Both the position numbers and the translations under genes were made by a program. 64,000 nucleotides of DNA from an uncultured Chloroflexia bacterium. GTDB taxonomy: Bacteria > Chloroflexota > Anaerolineae > CG2-30-64-16. The notes beneath the pieces are model-generated. The model did not search any database. It was not told where the DNA came from and saw only the letters and a list, made by a program, of their open reading frames with translations. This document shows positions 42,746 to 52,687 of the stretch, piece after piece. Each line of letters begins with the position of its first letter. The stretch's first letter is position 1. The stretch lies in contig CAVZDU010000003.1 in assembly GCA_963774265.1 (NCBI GenBank), positions 480,001-544,000 on the forward strand. The letters are read 5' to 3'.

Positions 42746-45446
42746 GTGAATGAACACTCCAGTGTCACGACAACGACCTTTGGCGATCTCCTGAAACGCT
42801 TGCGCAAACGCGCCGGCATGACGCAGGACGATCTGGCGGCAGCCATCGGCTACAGCCGCTCGCTGATCGGGGCATTGGAGCGCAACGACCGTCTGCCCGA
42901 CATCGAGGTGGTGATCCAGACCTATCTCCCCGCGTTGGGCTTGCAGGAAGAGCCGCTCCTGGCGGCCCAGCTTGTAGAGCTGGCTGCCCTGGCACGCGGC
43001 GAACGACCTCCGTCCTCCTTGACCTTCAAGCGTGAGCGCCACCCGGTGATCACGCAGGAAGGGGAAGAAGAGGCGCACTGTTTTCCCGTCCCACCGACAG
43101 AAATCCTTGGGCGCGACGAGGAGATCGACCACCTCTGCAATCGCCTGCTGGGGCACCACGGGCGCCTGTTGACCCTGGTCGGACCGCCGGGGGTGGGCAA
43201 GACGCGCCTGGCGCAGGCGGTGGGCGCACAGCTGCCAGACGTTCTACCGGGACGGCGCATGTTTCGTTCCTCTGGCGGCGGTGAGCGATCCGGCGCTGGT
43301 CGCTTCCGCCCTGGTGTCGGCATTGAAGCTGCAGGATGGCTCGAGCCAGGCCGCCGCAAACCCGCCTGATCGAGCATCTGCGCCGCAAAGAGATGCTGCT
43401 GGTGTTGGACAATTTCGAGCAGCTGATCGCCGCCCCCTCAGCCGGCGGTCGCGTTGGTGGCGGAATTGCTGGCCGAATGCCCGGGCCTGCGCATCCTCGT
43501 CACCAGCCGCGAACGGCTGCATCTGCGCGCCGAGCAACGCTATCGTGTCCAGCCGTTGGCGCTGGCGGCGGCGGTAGACTTGTTCGTCCAGCGGTGCACC
43601 GCCGTGGACGCCGAGTTCACCCTCACCGCAGCGAATCGCCCCACCATCGAAGCGATCTGCCAACAGGTGGACCGTCTGCCGTTGGCGCTCGAATTGTGTG
43701 CGGCGCAGATCGATCTCCTCTCGCCGCCCCAACTCCTGGCGCGGCCTGCAGAGATCGCCGGCTCGAGCTGCTGGTGGACGGCGCGCAGGATTTGCCCCCA
43801 CAGCAGCGCACGTTGCGCAACGCCATCGGGCATAGTTACGATCTTGCTGGATGAAGGGGAGCGCGCCCTCTTCCGCAGCCTGGGCGTCTTCGTGGGCGGG
43901 TGTGATCTGGAGGCGCTCGAAGCCGTCAGCGCCTGGGGCCAGAAAATGCCCGGACGCGCGCTGCTTGCGACCCTGCACTCGCTGATCGGCAAGAGCCTGG
44001 TGCGCGTCTGAAACGACTGCCGGACGGCGCGGGGCGCTACCTGCTGCTGGAGACCATCCGTGAGTTTGCGTTGGAGCAAGCGCGGGCAGAGGGCGAGGAA
44101 GATCTCGTTGCGCCAGCGTCACTATGCCGCCATCCTGCAGCTCTTCCGCACGGCGGATAGCTCGTCTGCGCGGGCCGGAGGCGACAGCCTGGCTGGCGCG
44201 CCTGGAACCCGAACAGGACAATCTGCGCGCCGCCTTGCAGTGGGCGCTTGGACGAAGGGCGCTATGCGGACATGGCGTGGCTGCTGCTTGCCGTCACGTG
44301 GTTCTGGTTCCACATCGGCCACTGGCATGAGTCGGGCAGGTGGATCGCGCAACTGCTGCCCCACCGAGAGGCGCTCGATGCCGACCTGCGCCTGGCGCTC
44401 TTGATCAACTTCTATGCCGTCGCGCGCGCGTCGGAAGAGTTCCAGCCGATCGATCGCTACACCGATGAGCTGCTGGGGTTATTGGAGGTCTGCCCGGACA
44501 AGCTCCTGCATGCGGCGGCCTGGCATTTTATCGCGGGTCTATTCTGCCGGATCTTGCCGAGGCCACCGCCGCGTGGGAGCGGTCGATCGCGTGCGCCCGC
44601 GCCGCCCGTGAAGCGCCGGGGCTGGGTCCCGAATTCGGCGTCGTCAGCGACCGCGACTTCGTGCTTGGCACATCATCTCTGGGCGTATGCGGATCGCCTG
44701 ATCGAGCACGGCGAGTTCGCGCGGGCCGCGCCGCTCCTCATGGAGAGCGCCAGACTCTTCCAGGCGCGGGGGAGCCGTTACGAAATGGCCGATAGCCTCG
44801 GCACGTTGGGACGCCTGGCGCTGCTGCAGGGCGATATGCCAAAGGCGCACGCGCTCCTGCACGAAGCAGTGACCCTCGCCAGGGACTTCAACTATCAGGA
44901 GATGCTGGGCAACTTGCAGCCACTCCTGGGGCTCGTCACCCTGTACGGCGGGGATGTTCCGGAGGCGCGCCGGCTGTTGGAGGACAGCCTGCGTCTCTGT
45001 CTCGATCTGAATGACAAGGTGCTTCCTGGCGCGGGTCTGCACCTATCTGGCAGAGACAGCGCTATGGGAAGGCGAGCTGGCTGAGGCCGAGCAATGGCTG
45101 GCGCAGAGCCTGGCCTATCACGCCGATCCGCGCCGGATCAGAATGGACCAGGTCGAGCGTCTCTTTGTGGCCGCCCGCCTGGCGACCGCGCAAGGCGCCT
45201 ATCTGCGCGCCGCCACGCTCTTCGGGTTGGCGGAAGGGGTCCGCAGCCAGCATCCATTATGAGCTGGCCGGGCCGGCGCGCCTGCTGGCCGATGCTGCGC
45301 TGGCGACGGTGCGCGCGGCGCTTGACCCTGCGCTCTTTGCCGAGGCGTTCACGGCGGGACAGCAGCTGTCGCTCGAAGAGGCGTTCGCCGCGATTCCAGC
45401 GTCAAGCCTCGTGTCGGGTGCGTCTCTCGCCTTGCCCCTACCGTGA
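42746..45446 (+). CDS. XRE-HTH + NB-ARC-like ATPase + TPR regulator (many frameshifts)
   Basis: FGDLLKRLR..MTQDDLA, GPPGVGKTRLA, LVLDNFE, LVTSRE, DRLPLALEL and EQDNLRAAL motifs. Confidence 0.82.
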
Positions 45447-45462
45447 CCCACGAAAAACAGGC

Positions 45463-47172
45463 TCAGCTTTCGGCGCGGTGCGTGGGCACCCAGAAGTGGA
45501 AGGTGGTCCCCTGGTCCAGCTCCGACTCGACCGTGATCTGGCCGCCGGTGCGTTCGACGATTTCTTTGACGATGGAGAGGCCGAGCCCCGTACCCATGCG
45601 CGAGAGAGCCTTGGCGTTGTCCGCGCGGAAAAACTCGGCGAAGAGGCGGGACATAGCCTCTTTGGGGATGCCGATACCTGTGTCGGCCACGCTCGCGACC
45701 AGGCGGCCATCTTGCTGCACCAGGGTAATGGTCACGCGGCCGCCGTCGCGATTGTACTTGATCGCATTGCTAACCAGGTTATTCCAGAGGCTCTTCATCT
45801 GGTCGGGGTTGGCGAGCACGGGCGGCAGGTCGGGTCCGATGTGTGTTTCAACCGTAATGCGACGCTCTCGCGCGCTGGCGGCAAGAAGCTCGAGTTGCTC
45901 CCCGAGCAATTGTTCGAGCTGCACCGGCTGCACCAGGCCGCGCGCGTCGGCCGATCCAATGCGCCCTAACTCCAGCAGGTCGGCGATGAGGGCTAATTGC
46001 TCCATCGCGCGGCGCTCCGCCTTCTCGAGTGTCTCGCGCACCTTGGTCTGTGGAACGTAGCCCTCGAGGATCAGCTTCAGAAAACTTTGGATCGCGGCAA
46101 CCGGCGCGCGGAGCTCGTGTGTGGTCAATAGGGTGAACTGGGCGCGCACATCCTCCAATTCGCGCAGCTTGCGGTTGGCCAGGGCCAGCTCCGCATTGAC
46201 GCGCTCAAGATCATCGCGGCGAGCACGACATTCGGCGTTAGCAGCACGCAGCAGATCGTTCAACTCGCCCATGTGGCTCGTACGCGCTTCCAGGCGATTG
46301 TAGGCGTCCTGCAGCTTGGCGTTCACCTCGGCCAGTTCTTCGCGGCTGGACTTACACTCGGCATTGGCCACGCGAAGCTTCTCATTGAGCTCGCTCATAT
46401 GGCTCGAACGAACCTGCAAACGCTCATGCGCGCTTTGCAGCTCAGCATAGGCCGCGTCGAGATGAGCGCGGCGATGGAGGAGCTCGACATTGGCCGTGCG
46501 CAATTGCTCGTTCAGGCTGCGCATCTCACCCGCGCGTTCTTCGACACGCTCTTGGTTTTCTTCCAGGTCACGAGCGCGCGCATGTAGCGCGCCGACCAAC
46601 AGGGTGGTCCCCTCGGCCGCAAGGAACGAGGTCACGACGACGGCCACGCACTGGGCTATGACATATGCGCTGCTGCTGGAAAGGGCCAGGCCCTCCGGAA
46701 AAACACCGTGATGCGGCAGCCAACCCAGCCGCTCGGCAACCAGAACCGCACTGTAGAGACCTGACGCGAGCGCAGCGGAGCCGAGCGCGGCCGCGTGCCC
46801 CGAGAGGACCGCCGCCACGATGATCGGAAACGCGTAGAGCGGATAGAAGGGATTTTCGGCGCCACCGGCGAAGTGGATGACGAGCGTCAGACCGATGATG
46901 TCGGCGAGCACCTGAATGGTGAAGATGCGCTGTTGTGTGGCGAGCGAAAGACCCACCGGCGATGCTGCGCGAAGATAGGCGAGAAAGACGAGATTCAGGG
47001 CTGCAAGCACAGCCAACGTCACGAGCAAGGGGACGAGAGCGATCTGCGCAGGCGCGCGGCCCACGACCAGGGCCAGCACCGCCGCCACCCCCAGGACGAC
47101 CACGCGCGCCACAGCCAACCAGCGGAGACGATCCCTGCGGCCCGGCTGACGATCATTCAGGTAAGTGGTCAT
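45463..47172 (-). CDS. Membrane sensor histidine kinase with a repeated coiled-coil linker
   Basis: About six TM helices; THELRAP (H box), NLVSNAIKY (N), DTGIGI (G1), GTGLGL (G2). Confidence 0.92.
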   Translation of the reverse strand: MTTYLNDRQPGRRDRLRWLAVARVVVLGVAAVLALVVGRAPAQIALVPLLVTLAVLAALNLVFLAYLRAASPVGLSLATQQRIFTIQVLADIIGLTLVIHFAGGAENPFYPLYAFPIIVAAVLSGHAAALGSAALASGLYSAVLVAERLGWLPHHGVFPEGLALSSSSAYVIAQCVAVVVTSFLAAEGTTLLVGALHARARDLEENQERVEERAGEMRSLNEQLRTANVELLHRRAHLDAAYAELQSAHERLQVRSSHMSELNEKLRVANAECKSSREELAEVNAKLQDAYNRLEARTSHMGELNDLLRAANAECRARRDDLERVNAELALANRKLRELEDVRAQFTLLTTHELRAPVAAIQSFLKLILEGYVPQTKVRETLEKAERRAMEQLALIADLLELGRIGSADARGLVQPVQLEQLLGEQLELLAASARERRITVETHIGPDLPPVLANPDQMKSLWNNLVSNAIKYNRDGGRVTITLVQQDGRLVASVADTGIGIPKEAMSRLFAEFFRADNAKALSRMGTGLGLSIVKEIVERTGGQITVESELDQGTTFHFWVPTHRAES

Positions 47173-47188
47173 GGACGCTGGTCCGCCA

Positions 47189-47665
47189 TCAAGGCACGTC
47201 AAAATGCTCGCAGATGGCGGTGTAGGCCTCCTTCAGATCAGAGAGGGCGATGATGCAGTTCACCGTGGAAATGGATGTGCTAATCGCAAGGATGTTGATG
47301 CCGCGGCCAGCAAGCGCACGGAACATCCGGCCTGCGATGCCTGGGCGCTCGCGAAAGTCGGGGCCGAAGATGGCGATGGCAGCCACATCGGGCCGCGGAT
47401 GCACCGCGGCGGGCTGAAGCCCGGGTCGCAGACCCTCCAGGGCGGCGAGCGATGCTTGCAGGTCGCCACGGTCCACGCAAAGGACCATCTGATCGTTTTC
47501 CTCGTGGTCGATGACCTGGACGACAAACTGCACATTGAGGCCTCGTTGGCCAAGCGCGTCGAGCACCGCGGCTGCGATGCCGGGCCGATCCTTCATGGCC
47601 AACACCCCGATGCTCGCGAGTTGGTCGTTTTGGATTACGCCGCCTACTTTGATCTTTTCAGGCAT
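47189..47665 (-). CDS. Stand-alone tandem ACT-domain protein (aspartokinase-beta-like)
   Basis: DRPGIAAAVLDALGQRGLNV and ERPGIAGRMFRALAGRGINILAISTS. Confidence 0.85.
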   Translation of the reverse strand: MPEKIKVGGVIQNDQLASIGVLAMKDRPGIAAAVLDALGQRGLNVQFVVQVIDHEENDQMVLCVDRGDLQASLAALEGLRPGLQPAAVHPRPDVAAIAIFGPDFRERPGIAGRMFRALAGRGINILAISTSISTVNCIIALSDLKEAYTAICEHFDVP

Positions 47666-47693
47666 TTCCCTCACTCCGCTATCTCTCATTTGT

Positions 47694-48074
47694 CTAGCCG
47701 ATCAAGCGATTGATCTGGCGCAGGAGTTCGGCCGGTGCGATGGGCTTGGTCAAAAACGCGTCGATGTGGATGCTTTCGTCGGTCGGAAAGAGCGCCAGGT
47801 AGTCCGTGTTGGCGATGGAGGTGACCATCACCACCGGGACGTGCTTCAAATCGGGATCATCCGCCATGCGCTGGCTCATGCTCAGACCATCAAGCACGCA
47901 GGACATGATCACGTCAAGCACGACCAGGTCCGGCTTCTCCCGCGTCAAAACAAGCATCCCCTGATCGCTGTTGCCGGCGCTGATCACACGGTAATCGCTG
48001 TTCTCAAGCACAGTGCGCGTGTATTCCACGAAGTCGGGGTCGTCATCGACGATCAGGATCTTGGCTTTGGGCAT
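47694..48074 (-). CDS. Single-domain response regulator
   Basis: ILIVDDD, PDLVVLD, MVTS and LTKP motifs. Confidence 0.9.
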   Translation of the reverse strand: MPKAKILIVDDDPDFVEYTRTVLENSDYRVISAGNSDQGMLVLTREKPDLVVLDVIMSCVLDGLSMSQRMADDPDLKHVPVVMVTSIANTDYLALFPTDESIHIDAFLTKPIAPAELLRQINRLIG

Positions 48075-48092
48075 TGGGACCTCTCCTCCGTA

Positions 48093-49343
48093 TCACTGGG
48101 CGCGAATACGAGCTTCGAACTCACCGCGGAACCGCGAAAGACCCGACGTAACCGGTTCGCACATGCCGGTGCCCATGGGACAGAACGTCGCGCCGGAGAT
48201 GCCGTGGGTGAGCTCCTCCAGCCTGATCAGTTCCCTGGTCGTCCCGCGGCCAGAGGCAAGTAGCTCCAGCGAGTCAAGCAGGCGCCTGCCGCCGAGGCGA
48301 CAGGGCGTGCAGATGCCGCATGACTCGTGGACGAAGAAACTGGTGATGCGCCTGACCACCTCAACCATATCAGTGGTCTCATCCATCACGATCACCGCGC
48401 CGGTGCCCAACGCAGAGCCAGCCGCCTGCAGCGTCTCAAAGGCCATGGGCACGTCGAGGTGGTCGGGCGTGAGCATGGGGGTCGACGCGCCGCCGGGGAT
48501 GACCGCCTTGATGTTGCGGCCAAGGCGAACGCCACCCGCGTGCCCGTAGATCACCTCGCGCAGCGTCACCCCGAGCGGCAGCTCGTAGTTGCCCGGCCGG
48601 TTGACGTGACCGCTGACGCAGAAAATCTTGGGGCCCTTGCTCTGCTCGGTGCCGATGGAAGCGTACCACTGGCCGCCACGCAGGATGATATGGGGGATAT
48701 TGACAAGGGTCTCGACGTTCTGGACGAGCGTCGGCTGGCCCCACAGGCCAATCTGCGCGGGATACGGCGGCTTGAGCCGGGGCTCACCGCGCTTGCCTTC
48801 CAGCGACTCAATCATGGCGGTCTCTTCACCGCAGATGTACGCGCCAGCGCCGCGGTGGACCGAAACGTCCAGGTCGAAGCCGCTGCCCAGGATGTTCTTG
48901 CCCAGGAAGCCGTACTGATAGGCGTCGGCGATGGCCTTGATCCAACGCTTGACGCCCAGGAAGAACTCACCCCGGATGTACACGAAGGCCCGATGCGCGC
49001 CGATGGCATACGCGGCAATGATGACGCCTTCGAGGATCGAGTGCGGATCGCGTTCGACGATCAGGCGGTCCTTGAAGGTGCCCGGTTCGCCCTCATCGGT
49101 GTTGACCGCCAGGTACTTGATCGGCGCGTCCTTGGGGATGAAGCCCCACTTCACACCGGTGGGGAAACCGGCGCCGCCGCGCCCGCGCAACCCGGACAGC
49201 TTTACCTCAGCGATCACCTCCTCGGGCGACATCGCCAGCGCTTTGCGCAGGGCCTCATAGCCGCCGGACTGGAGATAGGTGGTGATCTTCTCGGAGTTGG
49301 GCCGGTTCACGTTGGCCAGCAGGATGGGCTCCCAGGTTGTCAT
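48093..49343 (-). CDS. nuoF: NuoF-like NADH-binding flavoprotein
   Basis: GRGGAGFP, DEGEPGTFKD, GAYICGEETA and ESCGICTPCR...FCP motifs. Confidence 0.9.
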   Translation of the reverse strand: MTTWEPILLANVNRPNSEKITTYLQSGGYEALRKALAMSPEEVIAEVKLSGLRGRGGAGFPTGVKWGFIPKDAPIKYLAVNTDEGEPGTFKDRLIVERDPHSILEGVIIAAYAIGAHRAFVYIRGEFFLGVKRWIKAIADAYQYGFLGKNILGSGFDLDVSVHRGAGAYICGEETAMIESLEGKRGEPRLKPPYPAQIGLWGQPTLVQNVETLVNIPHIILRGGQWYASIGTEQSKGPKIFCVSGHVNRPGNYELPLGVTLREVIYGHAGGVRLGRNIKAVIPGGASTPMLTPDHLDVPMAFETLQAAGSALGTGAVIVMDETTDMVEVVRRITSFFVHESCGICTPCRLGGRRLLDSLELLASGRGTTRELIRLEELTHGISGATFCPMGTGMCEPVTSGLSRFRGEFEARIRAQ

Positions 49344-49344
49344 A

Positions 49345-49836
49345 TCACACCTCCCCCATCAGCCGCTCGAGGATCATATCGATCGCTCGCCGGCGTCAGG
49401 TTTTCGTACAGCTGATCGTTGACGCGCATGGCCGGCGCGGTCCCGCATGAAGCCAGGCATTGGACCATTTCGAGGGTGAAGCGGCCGTCAGGCGAGGTCT
49501 CGCCGGGCGCAAGCCCGAGCTTGGCGCCAACATAGTCGGCGATGCGGTTCGGCGCCATCGCAGAGATAGCACGACAGGCCGTCGCACACCTGGATCACGT
49601 GGCGACCGATCGGCTCGGTGCGAAACAGCGTGTAGAAACTGGCAGTGCTATAGACGTCGCCGGGGCGGAGCCCCAATCGTTTCGCCACCCGTTCGATGGC
49701 TTCGGGAGTCAGATACCCTTTTTGTTCCTGCGCAATGTAGAGCGCGGCCAGCAGGATTGCTTGTTTGGCCAGGATCGATGACCGCGGAGCCAACGGGCTG
49801 GGCTTTGGGCGCCTCCCCGTGAACCTGTTGGTTCAT
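49345..49836 (-). CDS. nuoE: NuoE-like 2Fe-2S protein (apparent frameshifts)
   Basis: AQEQKGYL, ASFYTLF, VCDGLSC and QCLASCGTAP motifs. Confidence 0.85.
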
Positions 49837-50270
49837 GCCGACTCCTCTTTCTCGGGCGATGCTTCGCCGCGTAGGATGCTTGCGACCTCAGCCAGCAGCT
49901 CGTCAGGGCTGATCGGCTTGGTCAGAAAGCGGTCAACCATGTTCTTTTCGTCAGGAGGAAGAAAGCGGTCTTCGTCTTCGCTGAGGACCGCGGAAATGAG
50001 GATCAGCGGCACATGGGCCAGGGACGGATCGGCGCGCACCGCACGGATTGCACCGACACCAGCCAACTCATAGGACATCATGGCATCGAGCAGAACCAGG
50101 TCGGGAGCGACCTCGCGCATCAGGGCGAGGCCGTCGCTCGCGTTGTCGGCCTCGTGAACCTGGTAGCCGTGGCTCTCTAGCACGATATGGACGAACTCAC
50201 GGAAATCCGGATCGTCGTCGATGATCACGACCCGGTAAGGGACGGAGTCCTGCGTTGTCGGCGATGACAC
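49833..50270 (-). CDS. Single-domain response regulator
   Basis: VVIIDDD, PDLVLLD, LISA and LTKP motifs; stop overlaps the nuoE start. Confidence 0.88.
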   Translation of the reverse strand: MSSPTTQDSVPYRVVIIDDDPDFREFVHIVLESHGYQVHEADNASDGLALMREVAPDLVLLDAMMSYELAGVGAIRAVRADPSLAHVPLILISAVLSEDEDRFLPPDEKNMVDRFLTKPISPDELLAEVASILRGEASPEKEESA

Positions 50271-50291
50271 GAGAGCTTCTCCGGGGCTCGG

Positions 50292-50681
50292 CTACTTGAG
50301 CAGCTCGGCAACTTTGTCCAGCAGCACCTTCGGGTCGACAGGCTTAGACAGCCAGGCGTCCATGTGGGGCTGTTCCTCCATCGGGAAGACGTGCGCATAG
50401 GGCGTCTCCGCGATGGACGACACCATGATCACCGGCATGAAACGCGCGTCGGGATCCTGGGCCAGCTTTTCGCTGACATCAAGTCCGTCGAGGACAGAGG
50501 ACATCATGATGTCCAGGATCATCAGGTCCGGGCGCTCTGCCTTGACCTGCGAGAGGGCCTGGGTGCCGTTAGCGGCGGTCACGACCTCGTAATCGTTGGA
50601 CTCCAGGATGGTGCGCATGATTTCGACGAAGTCGGGGTCGTCGTCGACGACGAGGATTCTGGCAGATGACATGACAGGCAT
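50292..50681 (-). CDS. Single-domain response regulator
   Basis: ILVVDDD, PDLMILD, MVSS and LSKP motifs; AAGGAG RBS. Confidence 0.9.
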   Translation of the reverse strand: MPVMSSARILVVDDDPDFVEIMRTILESNDYEVVTAANGTQALSQVKAERPDLMILDIMMSSVLDGLDVSEKLAQDPDARFMPVIMVSSIAETPYAHVFPMEEQPHMDAWLSKPVDPKVLLDKVAELLK

Positions 50682-50817
50682 ACTCCTTGCAGCAACGCGA
50701 GTAATGTGGGGCTCGACTGCGAACCCATGCGATAGTGTAGCACATTATGCGGCGGCTCACAAGGGTGATGCAATGATGAAGGTCATGGTAGAATGGACCT
50801 TCGAAGGAGAGGTCACC

Positions 50818-51246
50818 ATGGAGACGGAACTGCTGGCATTGCTTGACCGGCACCTGCGAAGCATCTGGGACGGAGACCTGGTCACGTACCGCGCGACGAC
50901 TGGGGAGGATGTCACCTTCTTCGAGTGGTACATCAGCACGCAGCGGATCGATGGGCTGGACTTTCACCTGCGAGAGACAGCGGCCAATTTCCGCGCGGTC
51001 GAGGATCGGCGCAGCAGCGGGGAGCGGTATGAGATCGAACATGAGGTGCTGCAGCCGAAGGTGCAGATCTATGGCGATGTGGCCATCATCACCTATACCC
51101 TGCTGATGCGCTATACGACTGCGGAGGGTGTGCGTCACACGGAGCACAACGAGACGCGTGTCTTCCAGCGCCGGGACAAGGGGTGGCAGTTGGTGCACTG
51201 CCATAAGTCGCCGATGTGGCCGGCGCCCCACGTGCCGAAGGGATGA
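50818..51246 (+). CDS. NTF2/SnoaL-fold protein (CaMKII association-domain-like)
   Basis: DVTFFE, GLDFH, NETRVF and WQLVHCHKS motifs. Confidence 0.75.
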   Translation: METELLALLDRHLRSIWDGDLVTYRATTGEDVTFFEWYISTQRIDGLDFHLRETAANFRAVEDRRSSGERYEIEHEVLQPKVQIYGDVAIITYTLLMRYTTAEGVRHTEHNETRVFQRRDKGWQLVHCHKSPMWPAPHVPKG

Positions 51247-51308
51247 ACGGAAAGAAGGAAAAAGGAAGAGGAAAGATCGGAGTGAGATCGGTGGCAGGAG
51301 CTGGACGA

Positions 51309-52082
51309 GTGGAGAGGCAGATAGCGCTGGTGACGGGTGCATCCAGCGGCATGGGGGCGGAGTTCGCGCGGCAGCTCGCGGCGCGGGGCAATGACCTGGT
51401 GCTGAGCGCGCGGCGGGAGGCACGGCTGGCCGCGTTGGGGGAGGAGTTGGCGGCCCGGCATGGCGTGGCGTATGAGGTGCTGGGCGCGGATTTGAGCGCG
51501 GAGGCAGGAATCGCTGCAGTCGAGGCGCGCTTGAAGCGGGGAGACGTGCATCTGCTCGTGAACAACGCCGGGTTCGACATTCGGAAACCGTTTGCGCAGG
51601 CGGATCTCGCGGGCCAGGCCGCCATGCTCAGCGTGCACATGGTCGCGCCGATGCGGTTGACACACGCCGCGCTGCCCGCCATGCTCGCGCGGCGAAGTGG
51701 AGGCGTGATCAACGTCGCGTCGCTGGCCGCGTTCGTGTCGCTGCCTGGCAACGCGAATTACTCCGCGACCAAGGCTTATTTGATGCGGTTCTCCCGCGCC
51801 GTCCACCTCGAAGTGCGGCGAAGGGGCGTGACGGTGCAGGCGCTGTGCCCGGGGTTCACCGTGACGGAGTTTCACGACGACCAGGAGCGCGTGCAGTTTA
51901 AGCGCCGAGGACCAGGGTTTCTGTGGGCGCCTGCGGACGCGGTCGTGCGTGATTCGCTGCGAGCATTCGACCGGCACAAGGCGTTGTGCGTTCCCGGCGC
52001 GATCAACCGGGCCATCTATCGGGTGTGTAAGCTTGGCGTGGCGGATGCGCTTATCCCGCTCGTGGGATATGTCGGCGGATAA
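51309..52082 (+). CDS. Short-chain dehydrogenase/reductase
   Basis: TGASSGMG, NNAG, YSATK and CPGFT motifs. Confidence 0.92.
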   Translation: MERQIALVTGASSGMGAEFARQLAARGNDLVLSARREARLAALGEELAARHGVAYEVLGADLSAEAGIAAVEARLKRGDVHLLVNNAGFDIRKPFAQADLAGQAAMLSVHMVAPMRLTHAALPAMLARRSGGVINVASLAAFVSLPGNANYSATKAYLMRFSRAVHLEVRRRGVTVQALCPGFTVTEFHDDQERVQFKRRGPGFLWAPADAVVRDSLRAFDRHKALCVPGAINRAIYRVCKLGVADALIPLVGYVGG

Positions 52083-52184
52083 GATCGGTGTGTTTATCCC
52101 ACACTTATCCCTCGTTATCCCACGCGTTTGCCACATAGCCGCGCACTGTGCGTGCGCAGAGTGGACTGTTACAAGGAGGGTTAT

Positions 52185-52607
52185 ATGTCACGGAAAGCAG
52201 TCGAAGCATCGTTTGCAGCCGCGATCGGCCCCTACTCACACGCGGTCTGGTCGGGGAAACGACTTTACCTGTCCGGTCAGACGCCGGTGGACCCGGCGAC
52301 CGGCCAGCTGGCCGTGGGTGACATCGGAGCACAGACCGAACAGTGTTTCAAGAACCTGTTCTCGGTGCTTGCAGCGGCTGGGCTGGGCCCGAAGAATGTG
52401 ATCAAGGCCAACGTCTACATGACGAACCTCGCGGATTTCGCTGCCATGAATGCGATATACGAGACGATGTTCGAGAAGCCTTATCCTGCACGCACGACGA
52501 TTGGCGTGGCGGCTCTGCCCAGGGGCGCCCAGATCGAAATTGAGCTGGTCGCGTACGGGAAGGTCAAGCGTAAGAAATCAAAGGAAGAGGCTGAAGAGCC
52601 GGCTTGA
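52185..52607 (+). CDS. ridA: RidA-family deaminase
   Basis: IGPYS, LSGQ, PYPART and IEIE motifs. Confidence 0.9.
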   Translation: MSRKAVEASFAAAIGPYSHAVWSGKRLYLSGQTPVDPATGQLAVGDIGAQTEQCFKNLFSVLAAAGLGPKNVIKANVYMTNLADFAAMNAIYETMFEKPYPARTTIGVAALPRGAQIEIELVAYGKVKRKKSKEEAEEPA

Positions 52608-52625
52608 CGCGAGTCAGGTAACGCA

Positions 52626-52661
52626 AGGACCTCCGGGGGCTGCCCCTCGGAGGTCCTTTTT
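52626..52661 (+). terminator. Rho-independent terminator
   Basis: AAGGACCTCCGGGGG-ctg-CCCCTCGGAGGTCC-TTTTT. Confidence 0.8.
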
Positions 52662-52687
52662 GGTCACCTTGAGAGGAGACTTCCTAC

